Below are positions 1 through 11,299 of a DNA stretch of 64,000 bases, one piece after another. Position 1 is the stretch's first letter; each line of letters starts with the position of its first letter. Below the pieces are notes generated by a model. The model worked only from the letters and a program-made list of their open reading frames with translations. It did no database searches and was not told the DNA's origin. The stretch is from assembly GCA_002269645.1 (NCBI GenBank), contig NIVC01003107.1, forward strand, positions 55,045 through 119,044. Direction: 5' to 3'. Source of the stretch: Macrostomum lignano. Taxonomy: Eukaryota. A program made the translations under genes and the position numbers.

Positions 1-340
1 CATTACTGCTCATTCCGCCCCGACTCCCCTAAGCAGGCACACAAGCGCGCGGATACGTATGCAGTCACACGCACAGGCACACGCTCACACAGGAGTGTAC
101 AGCGGCCCTAACTTTATCGTTAGACATGTACACTTCACTGTGTCTTGGGGGGTTGTCAATCAAGGGCGTTAATTGCACGAGCAGAGCCAAGCCGAGATTT
201 CAATTTAGTCCCAATTAATTTGGCTGCACTTGGAATCGAGCCTGGGCCGCTGGCACATCAAAGCGCCACGCCGGACCACTACGGCACCCTGTCCATTTCT
301 ACTATTTCCTCTCCTCCCTCCCTCCCGACGCCGCCCGCAG

Positions 341-1233
341 GCCACGTCGACCCGGCACTTTGCCAGCCATTCTTCGCCGCCTGCTGTCTGCACCGCGCCT
401 TCCTGACTCCGACTACTGCCGCATCGTCGTCCTCGAAGGACGTCGCCGCCGACATAGCTGATCAACCTCATGAACAGCACCTGGCGAATCTGCTGACTCC
501 ACAGCATCCGCTATTGCTAGCGGAATTAGCTTCATCAATAGATCAACGGCAGCAGAAAACCGACAGATTATCAGGAGAACAGAGCTCATTAGCTGGCCAA
601 TTGGCTCGGGGACTTCGCTGCTGCTCGGCCAGATCGGCCTATCTGTTGTCCACGAATTTGCCAGATTTCATTGGATTAGAAGCCACCTGTAGATTGATTG
701 GCCAACTAGCCGAATTAACTAATCGGCATCGAGCTTCGTCAGAGGTTGGCGATCTTCTAGCCGCTATTGCCAGTTTGACTGCCGCTTTGATCCGATTTGA
801 ATCGGCTCCGGTGGCGCTCTCTGAGCTTTCCGGTCCGGCGCTGCTTCGATTAGGCGCCTGCGCGCCCAATTGGCTCTGCGCCAATAGTAGCAACAATAGC
901 TGGTCAGAGTTGGCGCTCAATTTAGCCGCCGATCAGTTGCGTAGAAATTCTGGCCAGCTTAGCGATTTGGAATTAGCCGAGTTGCCAAGCTTAGTGACAG
1001 CTTGTCAGGCTTGTCTGGGTAATTCGGCCTGCTCTAGCCAAGCTGGCCTCGGACACCGACTGTTATTGCCTACTCTGCAAGTCTTGTCGCTTATCAAACG
1101 TCACGTCGGATTTGAGTCTTGGAATCGACTTGTAGGCGATAATCGCTTGCTGAATCAACTGCTGGTGGACTGCAGCGGCTTGGCCGCCTCGGCTGCTGAG
1201 CAGACCGCCTATCTCATTGGTGGCGGCGAGTGA
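341..1233 (+). CDS. Terminal coding exon of an unidentified gene (Leu/Ala-rich, probably helical protein)
   Basis: C-rich acceptor ccgcccgcAG at 339-340, open frame to TGA at 1233. Possible upstream phase-1 exon ending at 56 (donor GTATGC at 57). No family motif recognised. Confidence 0.55.
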
Positions 1234-1249
1234 TGCTTGGAATGGACCG

Positions 1250-1812
1250 CAGGGTGACGGGGGGAGCTGAATTGGATTGGGGGTGACGGGGGAGCTGAAG
1301 GAGTGGAGGGTGACGGGGGAGCTGAAGGAGTGGAGGGTGACGGGGGGAGGACCTGAAGGAGTGGAGGGTGACAGGGGAGCTGAAGGACTGGAGGGTGACG
1401 GGAGGACCTGAAGGAGTGGAGGTTGACGGGGGAGCTGAAGGAGTGGAGGTTGACGGGGGAGCTGAAGGAGTGGAGGTTGACGGGGGAGCTGAAGGAGTGG
1501 AGGTTGACGGGGGAGCTGAAGGAGTGGAGGTTGACGGGGGAGCTGAAGGAGTGGAGGTTGACGGGGGAGCTGAAGGAGTGGAGGGTGACGGGAGGAGCTG
1601 AAGGAGTGGAGGGTGACGGGGGAGCTGAAGGAGTGGAGGGTGACGGGGGAGCTGAAGGAGTGGAGGGTGACGGGAGGAGCTGAAGGAGTGGAGGGTGACG
1701 GGGGAGCTGAAGGAGTGGAGGGTGACGGGGGAGCTGAAGGAGTGGAGGGTGACGGGGGAGCTGAAGGAGTGGAGGGTGACGGGGGAGCTGAAGGAGTGGA
1801 GGGTGACGGGTG
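1250..1812. repeat. 27-bp G-rich minisatellite (GGGGGAGCTGAAGGAGTGGAGGGTGAC)n
   Basis: Tandem units visible directly, about 20 copies. Confidence 0.95.
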
Positions 1813-2356
1813 GGTGTGATAGCACATACTTATTGAAGAATAGCAATCATGTCAAGTACTTCGTATTTAGTGTGATCTGGTTAAAAGTCTATTAATAGAA
1901 TCGTGTTTATTTTCATAATGCTTTGCACTAGACTGACTAACCATACAGTATAACTGTTAGTTCTTTAGAGAAGCATTTCTATTATGATTTTGTATTTTCC
2001 CTGTGCCCTAGAAAGCATATTTTTTGATAATCTGTTTAGAGTTTCTCATTGCAGTGTCTTTCGGTAGTTCAACGCATTGTATCTGTGTAATTTCTCTTAA
2101 ATTAAAGCGAGGAAGCCTTGAAGATCTTTTTGTGCATTCGCAGTGAAATACATATTGGCGCAAAAAAACAAAAATCCTTTGTTTTTTGCCAATGGTGTTT
2201 TGGAATCTCTGCTGTGTTTTTTTATTTAGCGATTTTATGAAATTCACAAGGGCCGGTGCGCATTGTAAAAATTCTACAATGACTTTACTCTTACCTTGTT
2301 TAATCCCGCTGCGTCTTAGCGACTAAAACTTAACATATTACTAATAGCAATAAAGG

Positions 2357-3828
2357 ATGGGCGGCGGACACGAGCCTGAACCGACACGGGAGTCGCTCTA
2401 CACCCCAGTGACTAGCAAGGCATTCACTGACACTTGGCTATTCAAAGCATTTGACTTGCCAACTACCTGGTTCAAGGAGAATGTGATTGACAAGTACAGG
2501 AAGAAATATCCCTATTATCATCGCCGATATCCTAGGGTGCCTACTATCGACCAGTGCTTTGTTGATGACGAACTTTGCAATCTGGAGGCCGACGAGCAGT
2601 ACAAAAGGGATCGGTGAGTTTTTACTGTTAAATTAAAAAATAAGTTACATTTTCTTACTAACCTACTAACTAGTAAAATGTCAAATAATTATCACTATTT
2701 TTGTGATATCGATGTGAAAATCTATACAATAGAACCATTTTCCCGATATGTAGCGTTGATATTTTCGAGACTGAGAATAGCAACTTTTTAATTACAAGTA
2801 AATTTTTACCTGTCCCCAACTAACTTAGCCTGGTTGACCAGGAGATTGTCAACATACTTCGTCGTCGACGGGAACAGTGCTTCCAGTGGTACGGCAGGCA
2901 GCGCGACCTTATTGAGAAACACTGCGGCCAGATTCAAAAGGATTATGATGAAGGTAATATTTGCGATCGGAAGAAAATCTACGACGAGAGTGACCAGGTT
3001 AAAGGAACAGTGACAAGGGTTAGAATTAGACTAGCTAGGCTCAGCGATCGAAAGAGTGACAAGGATAACTATAGTGTGAATAGGAGAGTGTGACAAGTAG
3101 TCATCTAGGAGAGTGACAAGGATAGCTATAGTGTGAATAGGAGAGTGTGACAAGTAGCCATCTAGGAGAGTGACAAGTAGTCATCTAGGAGAGTGACAAG
3201 TAGTCATCTAGGAGAGTGACAAGTAGTCATCTAGGAGAGTGACAAGTAGTCATCTAGGAGAGTGACAAGTAGCCATCTAGGAGAGTGACAAGTAGTCAAC
3301 TAGGAGAGTGACAAGTAGCCATCTAGGAGAGTGACAAGTAGTCATCTAGGAGAGTGACAAGTGGCCATCTAGGAGAGTGACAAGTAGCCATCTAGGAGAG
3401 GGACAAGTGGCCATCTAGGAGAGTGACAAGTAGCCATCTAGGAGAGGGACAACTGGCCATCTAGGAGAGTGACAAGTAGCCATCTAGGAGAGGGACAACT
3501 GGCCATCTAGGAGAGTGAAAAGTGGCAATCTATGGGAGTGACAAGTAGTTGAAACTCCCCTCCCACCCACGCAGCCTCCACCAACTACTTCATCAAGCAC
3601 GGCGACATGGGCTACGCGCACAACGTTAAGAACGCCCTGATGAAGCAGAAGCACCGGATGCTGTGGGAAAGAAAATACGGCGAAGTTGGCAGCCGAGGCG
3701 ATCCACACAAATATCCGAATGTGATTGATATGGAGCCTGGCACTCTAGAGCACGAGGACACTTTGATTGGCAACATGCGCAAATTCGGCAACAATCACGA
3801 TCGAAATCCGAAAGAGATGGCGCCCTAA
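2357..3828 (+). CDS. NDUFB10: NADH:ubiquinone oxidoreductase subunit B10 (PDSW); exons 2357-2613, 2829-2953, 3575-3828
   Basis: Spliced protein has YYHRRYPRVPTIDQC..DELCNLEADEQYKRDRLVDQEIVNILRRR..C..C..YFIKHGDMG....VKNALMKQKHRM, matching NDUFB10. GT-AG junctions keep the frame. Confidence 0.93.
3050..3545. repeat. 23-bp minisatellite (AGAGTGACAAGTAGTCATCTAGG)n in NDUFB10 intron 2
   Basis: Tandem units visible directly. Confidence 0.95.
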
Positions 3829-4229
3829 GTTTGCCCCCCGGTTCTGGGCGGCCTGTAAAACTATAACTATTTGGGAAACTGATACTACTACTCGACTAAG
3901 ACTGCAAGTAGTGTGTTCGTTTAGCTTTATATACAGCATCTAGAACTGTAGTTTATGAAATAGCCAATTTTAATAATAGAGGTTCAATGGCTCTGTTATA
4001 CTGATACAAAAATGTCGACCCAGCTAAATATTCACTCACTTTCAGTCCTAGCTTATATCTTCACTAAATAGGCCCCGTATAGAAAATTTAGAATTTCAAC
4101 CATTAATAAATCAATTATTACATACAATCCAATTTATGCAGTAAATTAACATTACTGCATTGTCTTAGTAGACACTTGCTACTTTATTTGTGATTTCTTT
4201 GTTAAATTTGTAGCTTGTTTCATAGCAGT

Positions 4230-4660
4230 AGGACTGGGACTGGGACTTGGAGTGGGACTGGGGTTGGGACTAGGACTGGGACTTACGAGTATACTGAAAC
4301 TGGGACCGGAATAGGACTGGGACTTGGACTGGAAGTGGGACTGGGAGTCGGATTGGGACTTGGAGTGGGGCTGGGACTTGGACTGGGACCTGAAGTGGGA
4401 CTCGGTTAGGACCTGGAGTGGGACTCGGTTGGGACCTGGAGTGGGACTCGGTTGGGACCTGGAGTGGGACTCGGTTGGGACCTGAAGTGGGACTCGGTTG
4501 GGACCTGGAGTGGGACTCGGTTGGGACCTGGAGTGGGACTCGGTTGGGACCTGAAGTGGGACTCGGTTGGGACCTGGAGTGGGACTCGGTTGGGACCTGG
4601 AGTGGGACTCGGTTGGGACCTGGAGTGGGACTCGGTTGGGACCTGGAGTGGGACTCGGTG
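4230..4660. repeat. GGGACT-rich / 23-bp minisatellite (GGGACTCGGTTGGGACCTGGAGT)n, intergenic
   Basis: Tandem units visible directly. Confidence 0.93.
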
Positions 4661-4830
4661 TGGGACTTTAAGTATGGCAGTGACTATACTTAATTATAAC
4701 TTTCGTGTTGAATTTTTTATTATTAACAACGAACAATTGCTTGATTCTATTTATTATTTTCTATCTAATACATATTTGTACATTATAAAGCATACCTCCG
4801 CATTGTTACTACTTTCAGTAAATTTTCCCG

Positions 4831-5053
4831 ATGGAGCAACTAATGAAAATATTAGTAATTGGCGATCCAACAGTTGGTAAAACTTCGTTCGTTCATCGAT
4901 ATGTGAATAACATGTTTCAGACTGACTATAAGCAGACCATCGGGGTGGACTTTGCGCTTAAAGTTATTCGCTGGTCTGACACTCAAACTATTAAACTGCA
5001 GATGTGGGACATTGCCGGGCAGGAGAGGTGAGCACTGGCTGACTGACTGACTG

Positions 5054-5085
<32 letters not shown>

Positions 5086-6435
5086 ACTGACTGACTGACT
5101 GACTGACTGACTGACTGACTGACTGACTGACTGACTGACTGACTGACTGACTGACTGACTGACTGACTGACTGACCCACTGACTGACTGACTGACTGACT
5201 GACTGACTGACTGACTGACTGACTGACTGACTGACTGACTGACTGAACCACTGACTGACTGACCCACTGACTGACTGAACCACTGACTGACTGACTGACT
5301 GACTGACTGACTGACTGACCCACTGACTGACCCACTGACTGACCCACTGACTGACTGAACCACTGACTGACTGACTGACTGACTGACCCGCTGACTGACT
5401 GAACCACTGACTGACTGACTGACTGACTGACCCACTGACTGACTGACTGACTGACTGAACCACTGACTGACTGACTGACCCACTGACTGACTGACTGACT
5501 GACTGACTGACTGACTGACCCACTGACTGACTGAACCACTGACTGACTGACTGACTGACTGACTGACTGACTGACTGACCCACTGACTGACTGACTGACT
5601 GACTGACTGACTGACTGACTGACTGACTGACTGACTGACTGACTGACTGACTGACTGACTGACTGACTGACTGACTGACTGACTGACTGACTGACTGACC
5701 CACTGACTGACTGAACCACTGACTGACTGACTGACTGACTGACCCACTGACTGACTGAACCACTGACTGACTGACTGACTGGCCCACTTACCCACTGACT
5801 GACTGACCCACTGACTGACTGACTTGAGTGAGTGGGTGACTGACTGACTGACTGACTGACTGACTGACTGACTGACCCACTGACTGACCCACTGACTGAC
5901 TGACTGAGACACAGAGAAAGACACAGGCAGTCAGCCAACCCCCCACCCCTGCAGGTTCACCTCCATGACGCGAGTGTACTACAGAGACGCCCACGCAGCC
6001 GTAATCGTATTTGACTTAACCAAACGCTCAACATTTGACGGTGCGCTGAAATGGAAACGCGATTTGGACAGCAAATGCGCCCTGCCCGATGGCAGCCCGC
6101 TGCCGGCCATCCTGCTGGCTAATAAATGCGACTTGTTGAGCGGCGAGCGGCAGCTGCAACTGTCCGAGATTGAGACATTCTGCAGAGAGAACGGCTTCAT
6201 TGGTTGGACAGAGGTCAGCGCCAAGGAGGGCGTCATGATTGAGGAGGCGATGCGATTTCTAATTGAATCGGTGCTAGCCAAGACTGCCAACTCTGAGTCG
6301 GCGGCTCAGACAGTCTCACTGACCGACGATCCGGCCATTGTCCGGCTGGGGGCGGTTAGCGGCGCGAAGAACAAGCCGCGGCGTGGTAACGCAGATGAGG
6401 ACGATGAAATCGGCGGCGGCAGATGTGCGTGCTAG
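4831..6435 (+). CDS. RAB29: Rab GTPase of the Rab29/32/38 subfamily, closest to Rab29 (Rab7L1); exons 4831-5027, 5955-6435
   Basis: GDPTVGKTS P-loop; WDIAGQER (the Ile is typical of Rab32/38/29); FTSMTRVYYRDA (Rab29-like rather than FGNMTR); NKCD; C-terminal CAC prenylation motif; phase-2 GT-AG intron. Confidence 0.88.
5037..5908. repeat. (GACT)n microsatellite, about 870 bp, filling the Rab intron
   Basis: Direct observation. Confidence 0.98.
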
Positions 6436-6639
6436 GTTTGATTCTTAGAATTATTTTTTAAGGATTTGACCATTCTTTTTTCCTAGACAGGAAAACTGTT
6501 AATTGTTTAAAAAAAACTGACCCCCAAAATCTTTAAAATTGGTTTAGAATGTCTTGGAAAACTATCACTCAGACTCTTTGAAATCGCCCTGGAATTTCTT
6601 GGAAAACTGTCCCTTAGATTCTTTGAAATCGGTTTTTAT

Positions 6640-8335
6640 TCTTAAAAAAACTATCCCTCAGATTCTTTGAAATCGGTTTCAAACTCCTTAGAAAACTGTC
6701 CCTCAGATCCTTTGAAATCGATTTCAAACTCCTTAGAAAACTGTCCCTCAGATCCTTTGAAATCGATTTCAAACTCCTTAGAAAACTGTCCCTCAGATTC
6801 TTTGAAATCGATTTCAAACTCCTTAGAAAACTGTCCCTCAGATTCTTTGAAATCGATTTCAAACTCCTTAGAAAACTGTCCCTTAGATTCTTTGAAATCG
6901 GTTTCAAACTCCTTAGAAAACTGTCCCTCAGATTCTTTGAAATCGATTTCAAACTCCTTAGAAAACTGTCCCTCAGATCCTTTGAAATCGATTTCAAACT
7001 CCTTAGAAAACTGTCCCTCAGATCCTTTGAAATCGATTTCAAACTCCTTAGAAAACTGTCCCTTAGATTCTTTGAAATCGGTTTCAAACTCCTTAGAAAA
7101 CTGTCCCTCAGATTCTTTGAAATCGATTTCAAACTCCTTAGAAAACTGTCCCTTAGATTCTTTGAAATCGGTTTCAAACTCCTTAGAAAACTGTCCCTCA
7201 GATCCTTTGAAATCGGTTTCAAACTCCTTAGAAAACTGTCCCTCAGATTCTTTGAAATCGATTTCAAACTCCTTAGAAAACTGTCCCTCAGATTCTTTGA
7301 AATCGATTTCAAACTCCTTAGAAAACTGTCCCTCAGATCCTTTGAAATCGATTTCAAACTCCTTAGAAAACTGTCCCTCAGATCCTTTGAAATCGATTTC
7401 AAACTCCTTAGAAAACTGTCCCTCAGATTCTTTGAAATCGATTTCAAACTCCTTAGAAAACTGTCCCTCAGATTCTTTGAAATCGATTTCAAACTCCTTA
7501 GAAAACTGTCCCTCAGATCCTTTGAAATCGATTTCAAACTCCTTAGAAAACTGTCCCTCAGATCCTTTGAAATCGATTTCAAACTCCTTAGAAAACTGTC
7601 CCTCAGATTCTTTGAAATCGATTTCAAACTCCTTAGAAAACTGTCCCTCAGATTCTTTGTAATCGATTTCAAACTCCTTAGAAAACTGTCCCTTAGATTC
7701 TTTGAAATCGGTTTCAAACTCCTTAGAAAACTGTCCCTCAGATCCTTTGAAATCGGTTTCAAACTCCTTAGAAAACTGTCCCTCAGATCCTTTGAAATCG
7801 GTTTCAAACTCCTTAGAAAACTGTCCCTCAGATTCTTTGAAATCGGTTTTTAATTTCTTAGAAAACTGAATCTCCGAATATTTGAAATCGGCTTTTTAAT
7901 TTCTTAGAAAACTGAATCTCCGAATATTTGAAATCGGTTTTTAATTTCTTAGAAAACTGAATCTCCGAATATTTGAAATCGGTTTTTAATTTCTTAGAAA
8001 ACTGACTCTCCGAATATTTGAAATCGGTTTTTAATTTCTTAGAAAACTGACTCTCCGAATATTTGAAATCGGTTTTTAATTTATTAAAAAACTGACTCCG
8101 AATATTTGAAATCGGTTTTTAATTTCTTAGAAAACTGAATCTCCGAATATTTGAAATCGGTTTTTAATTTCTTAGAAAAATGACTCTCCGAATATTTGAA
8201 ATCGTTTTTTTTTGTTCTTAGAAAACTGACTCCGAATATTTGAAATCGATTTTTTTATTTTCTTAGAAAACTGACTCCGAATATTTGAAATCGGTTTTTA
8301 ATTACTTCGAAAACTGTCTCTCAAACTCTTTGAAA
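6640..8335. repeat. 45-bp minisatellite (TTTGAAATCGATTTCAAACTCCTTAGAAAACTGTCCCTCAGATTC)n with a diverged variant block after ~7850
   Basis: 45-bp period measured (6721 to 6766). Confidence 0.96.
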
Positions 8336-9420
8336 TCGCTTGTTATTTAAATTTGTTCAGTTTTTTTATCTTTTAAAGCTTAAGAGATCACAGAACAACA
8401 CAAAATTATCAGATAAGGTCACAGAACCCCACCAGATGTAATGCGATGTTTAAAACATTCTTGTGTGTAATATTAAATTCCTTATTTTCAATAGATCCCA
8501 TGCAGTTATATTCAAGATATTACTAAAACCTGCTATCTATTGTGTTAACTGTAAAACAGCTTGTAATTATCAATCATATATCAGCTGTTATTTGTCGTAC
8601 GCGTGCAATATGTTAAAATAAAACCAGATTTTCTTGTTATTCAGCTTGGCCAATTATGAATATTTGTCTTACTCTTAAGAATAATATCTTATTTTGGCGG
8701 CTACTGGTGCTGTGAATCTCTTCCAAAATTTAATGGTGAATGTTTCTTATTCCATCATTAATTATTTGATATCACATTTAATTGGTGCTCTAAGACTGTC
8801 TTCCATAGTTTTAGTAAATATTCAATTTTTTAGATTGCACTGCTGCCATCTTTTTGGCAGGTTTTTGACTGAATTTTTTATTATTATACTGTCTCGATTT
8901 AGAGGTCTTTTGGACACCTAATTTTTTATATTGTAATTTTCCACTCCTGGATCATCATTATTGCAGTACGTACACAATCAGGTTTTTCGTGTAGAACACT
9001 GTACACAACGAATTTTTATTAATTTTTGTTTAAATGTTTTCAATAAAACCTCGATAATATATATTTTATTTAATTCGCTTTTTAAGCTGTTTTAAACGTG
9101 TTTCAGTTATTTTTAGAAAGGTCTTTGGGGGAATCCGTTAGATAGGGAATTCCCGATATTAGAGAATGTCGCTTGATGAACTATAAATAGAACACACCCG
9201 CCCCACTCCCCCTGTACATTCATGTTGTAAGGCGAGTAAGTCACGTGGTGTGCTAAAATAGAACACTCGCCTATGCACATTCATAGACGAGGTCACGCGA
9301 TGGGCTATAAATTGAACAGACACTCCCTGGTATTAGACAAATGAACACGCAAGGAAAAGTCACGTGATGAGCTGAGTGTATTGAACTCTGACTATTCGCG
9401 CCCGCAGAGCAAATTTAGGC

Positions 9421-10996
9421 ATGTCTGCACTGGAACAACAGGCCGCTTTGGTCAACGCTCTTCCTTACGTTGACCGAGGCTTCGACGAGGCCGGCGTCAG
9501 AGAGGCCGCCCTCGGCATGGTTGAAGAGGAGATGCGACGCTACCGGCCAACTAAAAACTATTTGGAACACCTGCCGCCATTGAATCTTCATCAGTTTGAG
9601 ACCGATATATTGCGGGCCGAATTTGAACGTTTAAGCAGTCGACAGCCGCCTGAGCACATGAGCATGAAGCGATACGAACTGCCAGCCCCGCCAACTGGCC
9701 GCCTGACCGATGTGCAGAGCTGGCGAGACTCAGTTGACAACAGTCGAGCCCAGCTGGAGCACCAGAGTGTCCGCATTGAGAATCTGCAACTGCTGCTGGC
9801 TCACGGATCCGATGCTTGGCGCTGTCACAACGACACTCTGGTGCGCATGGTCGCTGAGACTGAACGGCGTCTGCAGGCGACTCGGAAAGCGGTGAAGGAG
9901 GTTAATTTGCAGCGGAAGACTGAACAGGTGCGTGCCGCATGCGTAGCATCCAGGACGACTTAAGTAGGAGGACGGGAAACCTCGTTTCTTGGAAAAAAAA
10001 TTGAGGCAGGTATTTCCGAAAAAATACACAACGGAGATAGGAAGTGTTCATTTTTTCAGCACAAAAACTGTTATTGCTTTTGATTCGAGGCAGATCCAAT
10101 GTTCATCTTTTGATATGTTGTGCTTTTCTTGCTGCTCTATCGATATTCATAAAGACTCATAATAGACTCATAAAACCAAAGAGCCGAGCTGTGCCATTTT
10201 AATGGTTTTTAGGCACAAGACATGGGCAAATGTACGTAGAATAAAAAATTAACATAAAATCCTAATTTTCTGAACGAAAAGCTTTATGAATATCGATAGA
10301 GCAATAAGAAAGGCACAACATATCAAGAGATGAACACTGGATCTGCCTCCTATCAAAAGCAATAGCAATTTTTGTGCTGAAAGAATGAACACTCCCTTTC
10401 TCCGTAGTGTATTTTTTCGGGAAAGCCGGCCTTCAAAAATTTTCTAAGAAATGAGGTTTCCCGTCCGTCCTCCTACTTAAGTCGTCCTTGGTAGCATCTT
10501 GTGTAATTGAATGTAATATCTAGTGTAATTGAATGTACTATCTAGTGTAATTGAATGTAATATCTAGTGTAATTGAGTGTAATATCTAGTGTAATTGAGT
10601 GTAGCATCTGGTGTGATTAAGTGTAGCACAACAATCCATCTATTTATTGCACCCTAGCTTTCCTTTAATTATCTAATTAATTAATTCAAGGTGCAAGCTG
10701 GCGAGCGGTTGCACACCCTCGAAGACACCTGGGTGCACCTGGTGATGAAGAACTACGAATTAGAGCGGGAAATCGCCGATTTAGAGACGGCCGTATCGAA
10801 AGCCGAGGCTGAGCGGCCTTTGCCGCAGACTGAGAAGTCAACCGAACCGGAAGCTGCACGGGTGGAAACTGCGGAAGCTACGGAAGCTGCGGAAGCTTCC
10901 GACGACAACGACGAACTGCCGCCGACGCCGCCAGCGCGTCAGTCGCCCGTGCCGACACCGCCGCCGCCGGCGTCAGAGGAGCCTGCCGACGACTGA
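9421..10996 (+). CDS. BCAS2: Pre-mRNA splicing factor SPF27/BCAS2; exons 9421-9927, 10691-10996
   Basis: ALPYVDRGFDEAGVREAALGMVEEEMRRYRPTKNYLEHLP, MSMKRYELPAPP, AQLEHQSVRIENLQLL, phase-0 GT-AG intron. Confidence 0.95.
9951..10490. mobile_element. 540-bp non-autonomous foldback/MITE DNA transposon with ~205-bp inverted arms and 8-bp TSD (GTAGCATC)
   Basis: 9951-10156 is an imperfect reverse complement of ~10282-10490. GTAGCATC flanks both ends (9943-9950, 10491-10498). No ORF. Confidence 0.88.
10500..10625. repeat. 22-bp minisatellite (TGTAATTGAATGTAATATCTAG)n in the BCAS2 intron
   Basis: About 5-6 tandem units. Confidence 0.85.
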
Positions 10997-11299
10997 CAGT
11001 TTTTTTACTTGACACGACTTGACTTCGTCAATTGTACATGCAATTCTGTACTATGTTATGCTGTATTAATGCTTATAAAACCTTACTCTAATAGTAATAA
11101 ACACAAATTAATTGCGTCGTCAAAAGCAAACAAAATTCTGTTTTTTTCTGGCTGCTGCATTTAATAATTAATTGGTTTAATTGTCTCATTTTTGTCGATA
11201 ATTTTTCAACCGCTTATTAGCTGGCGAGGCTTAAATTTCTCCGGCCGTTTACCCGAAAAAATCTAATTTCAGAAAAGTCTACTATTATTGAATTTGATA

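Noticed and set aside
4852-5938. Three ~310-aa SQSV-repeat ORFs on the minus strand
   Set aside because: They are translations of the (GACT)n microsatellite inside the Rab intron
6614-7807. 331-aa and 397-aa repetitive ORFs on both strands
   Set aside because: A 45-bp unit is a multiple of 3, so stop-free frames arise automatically. No splice or start context.
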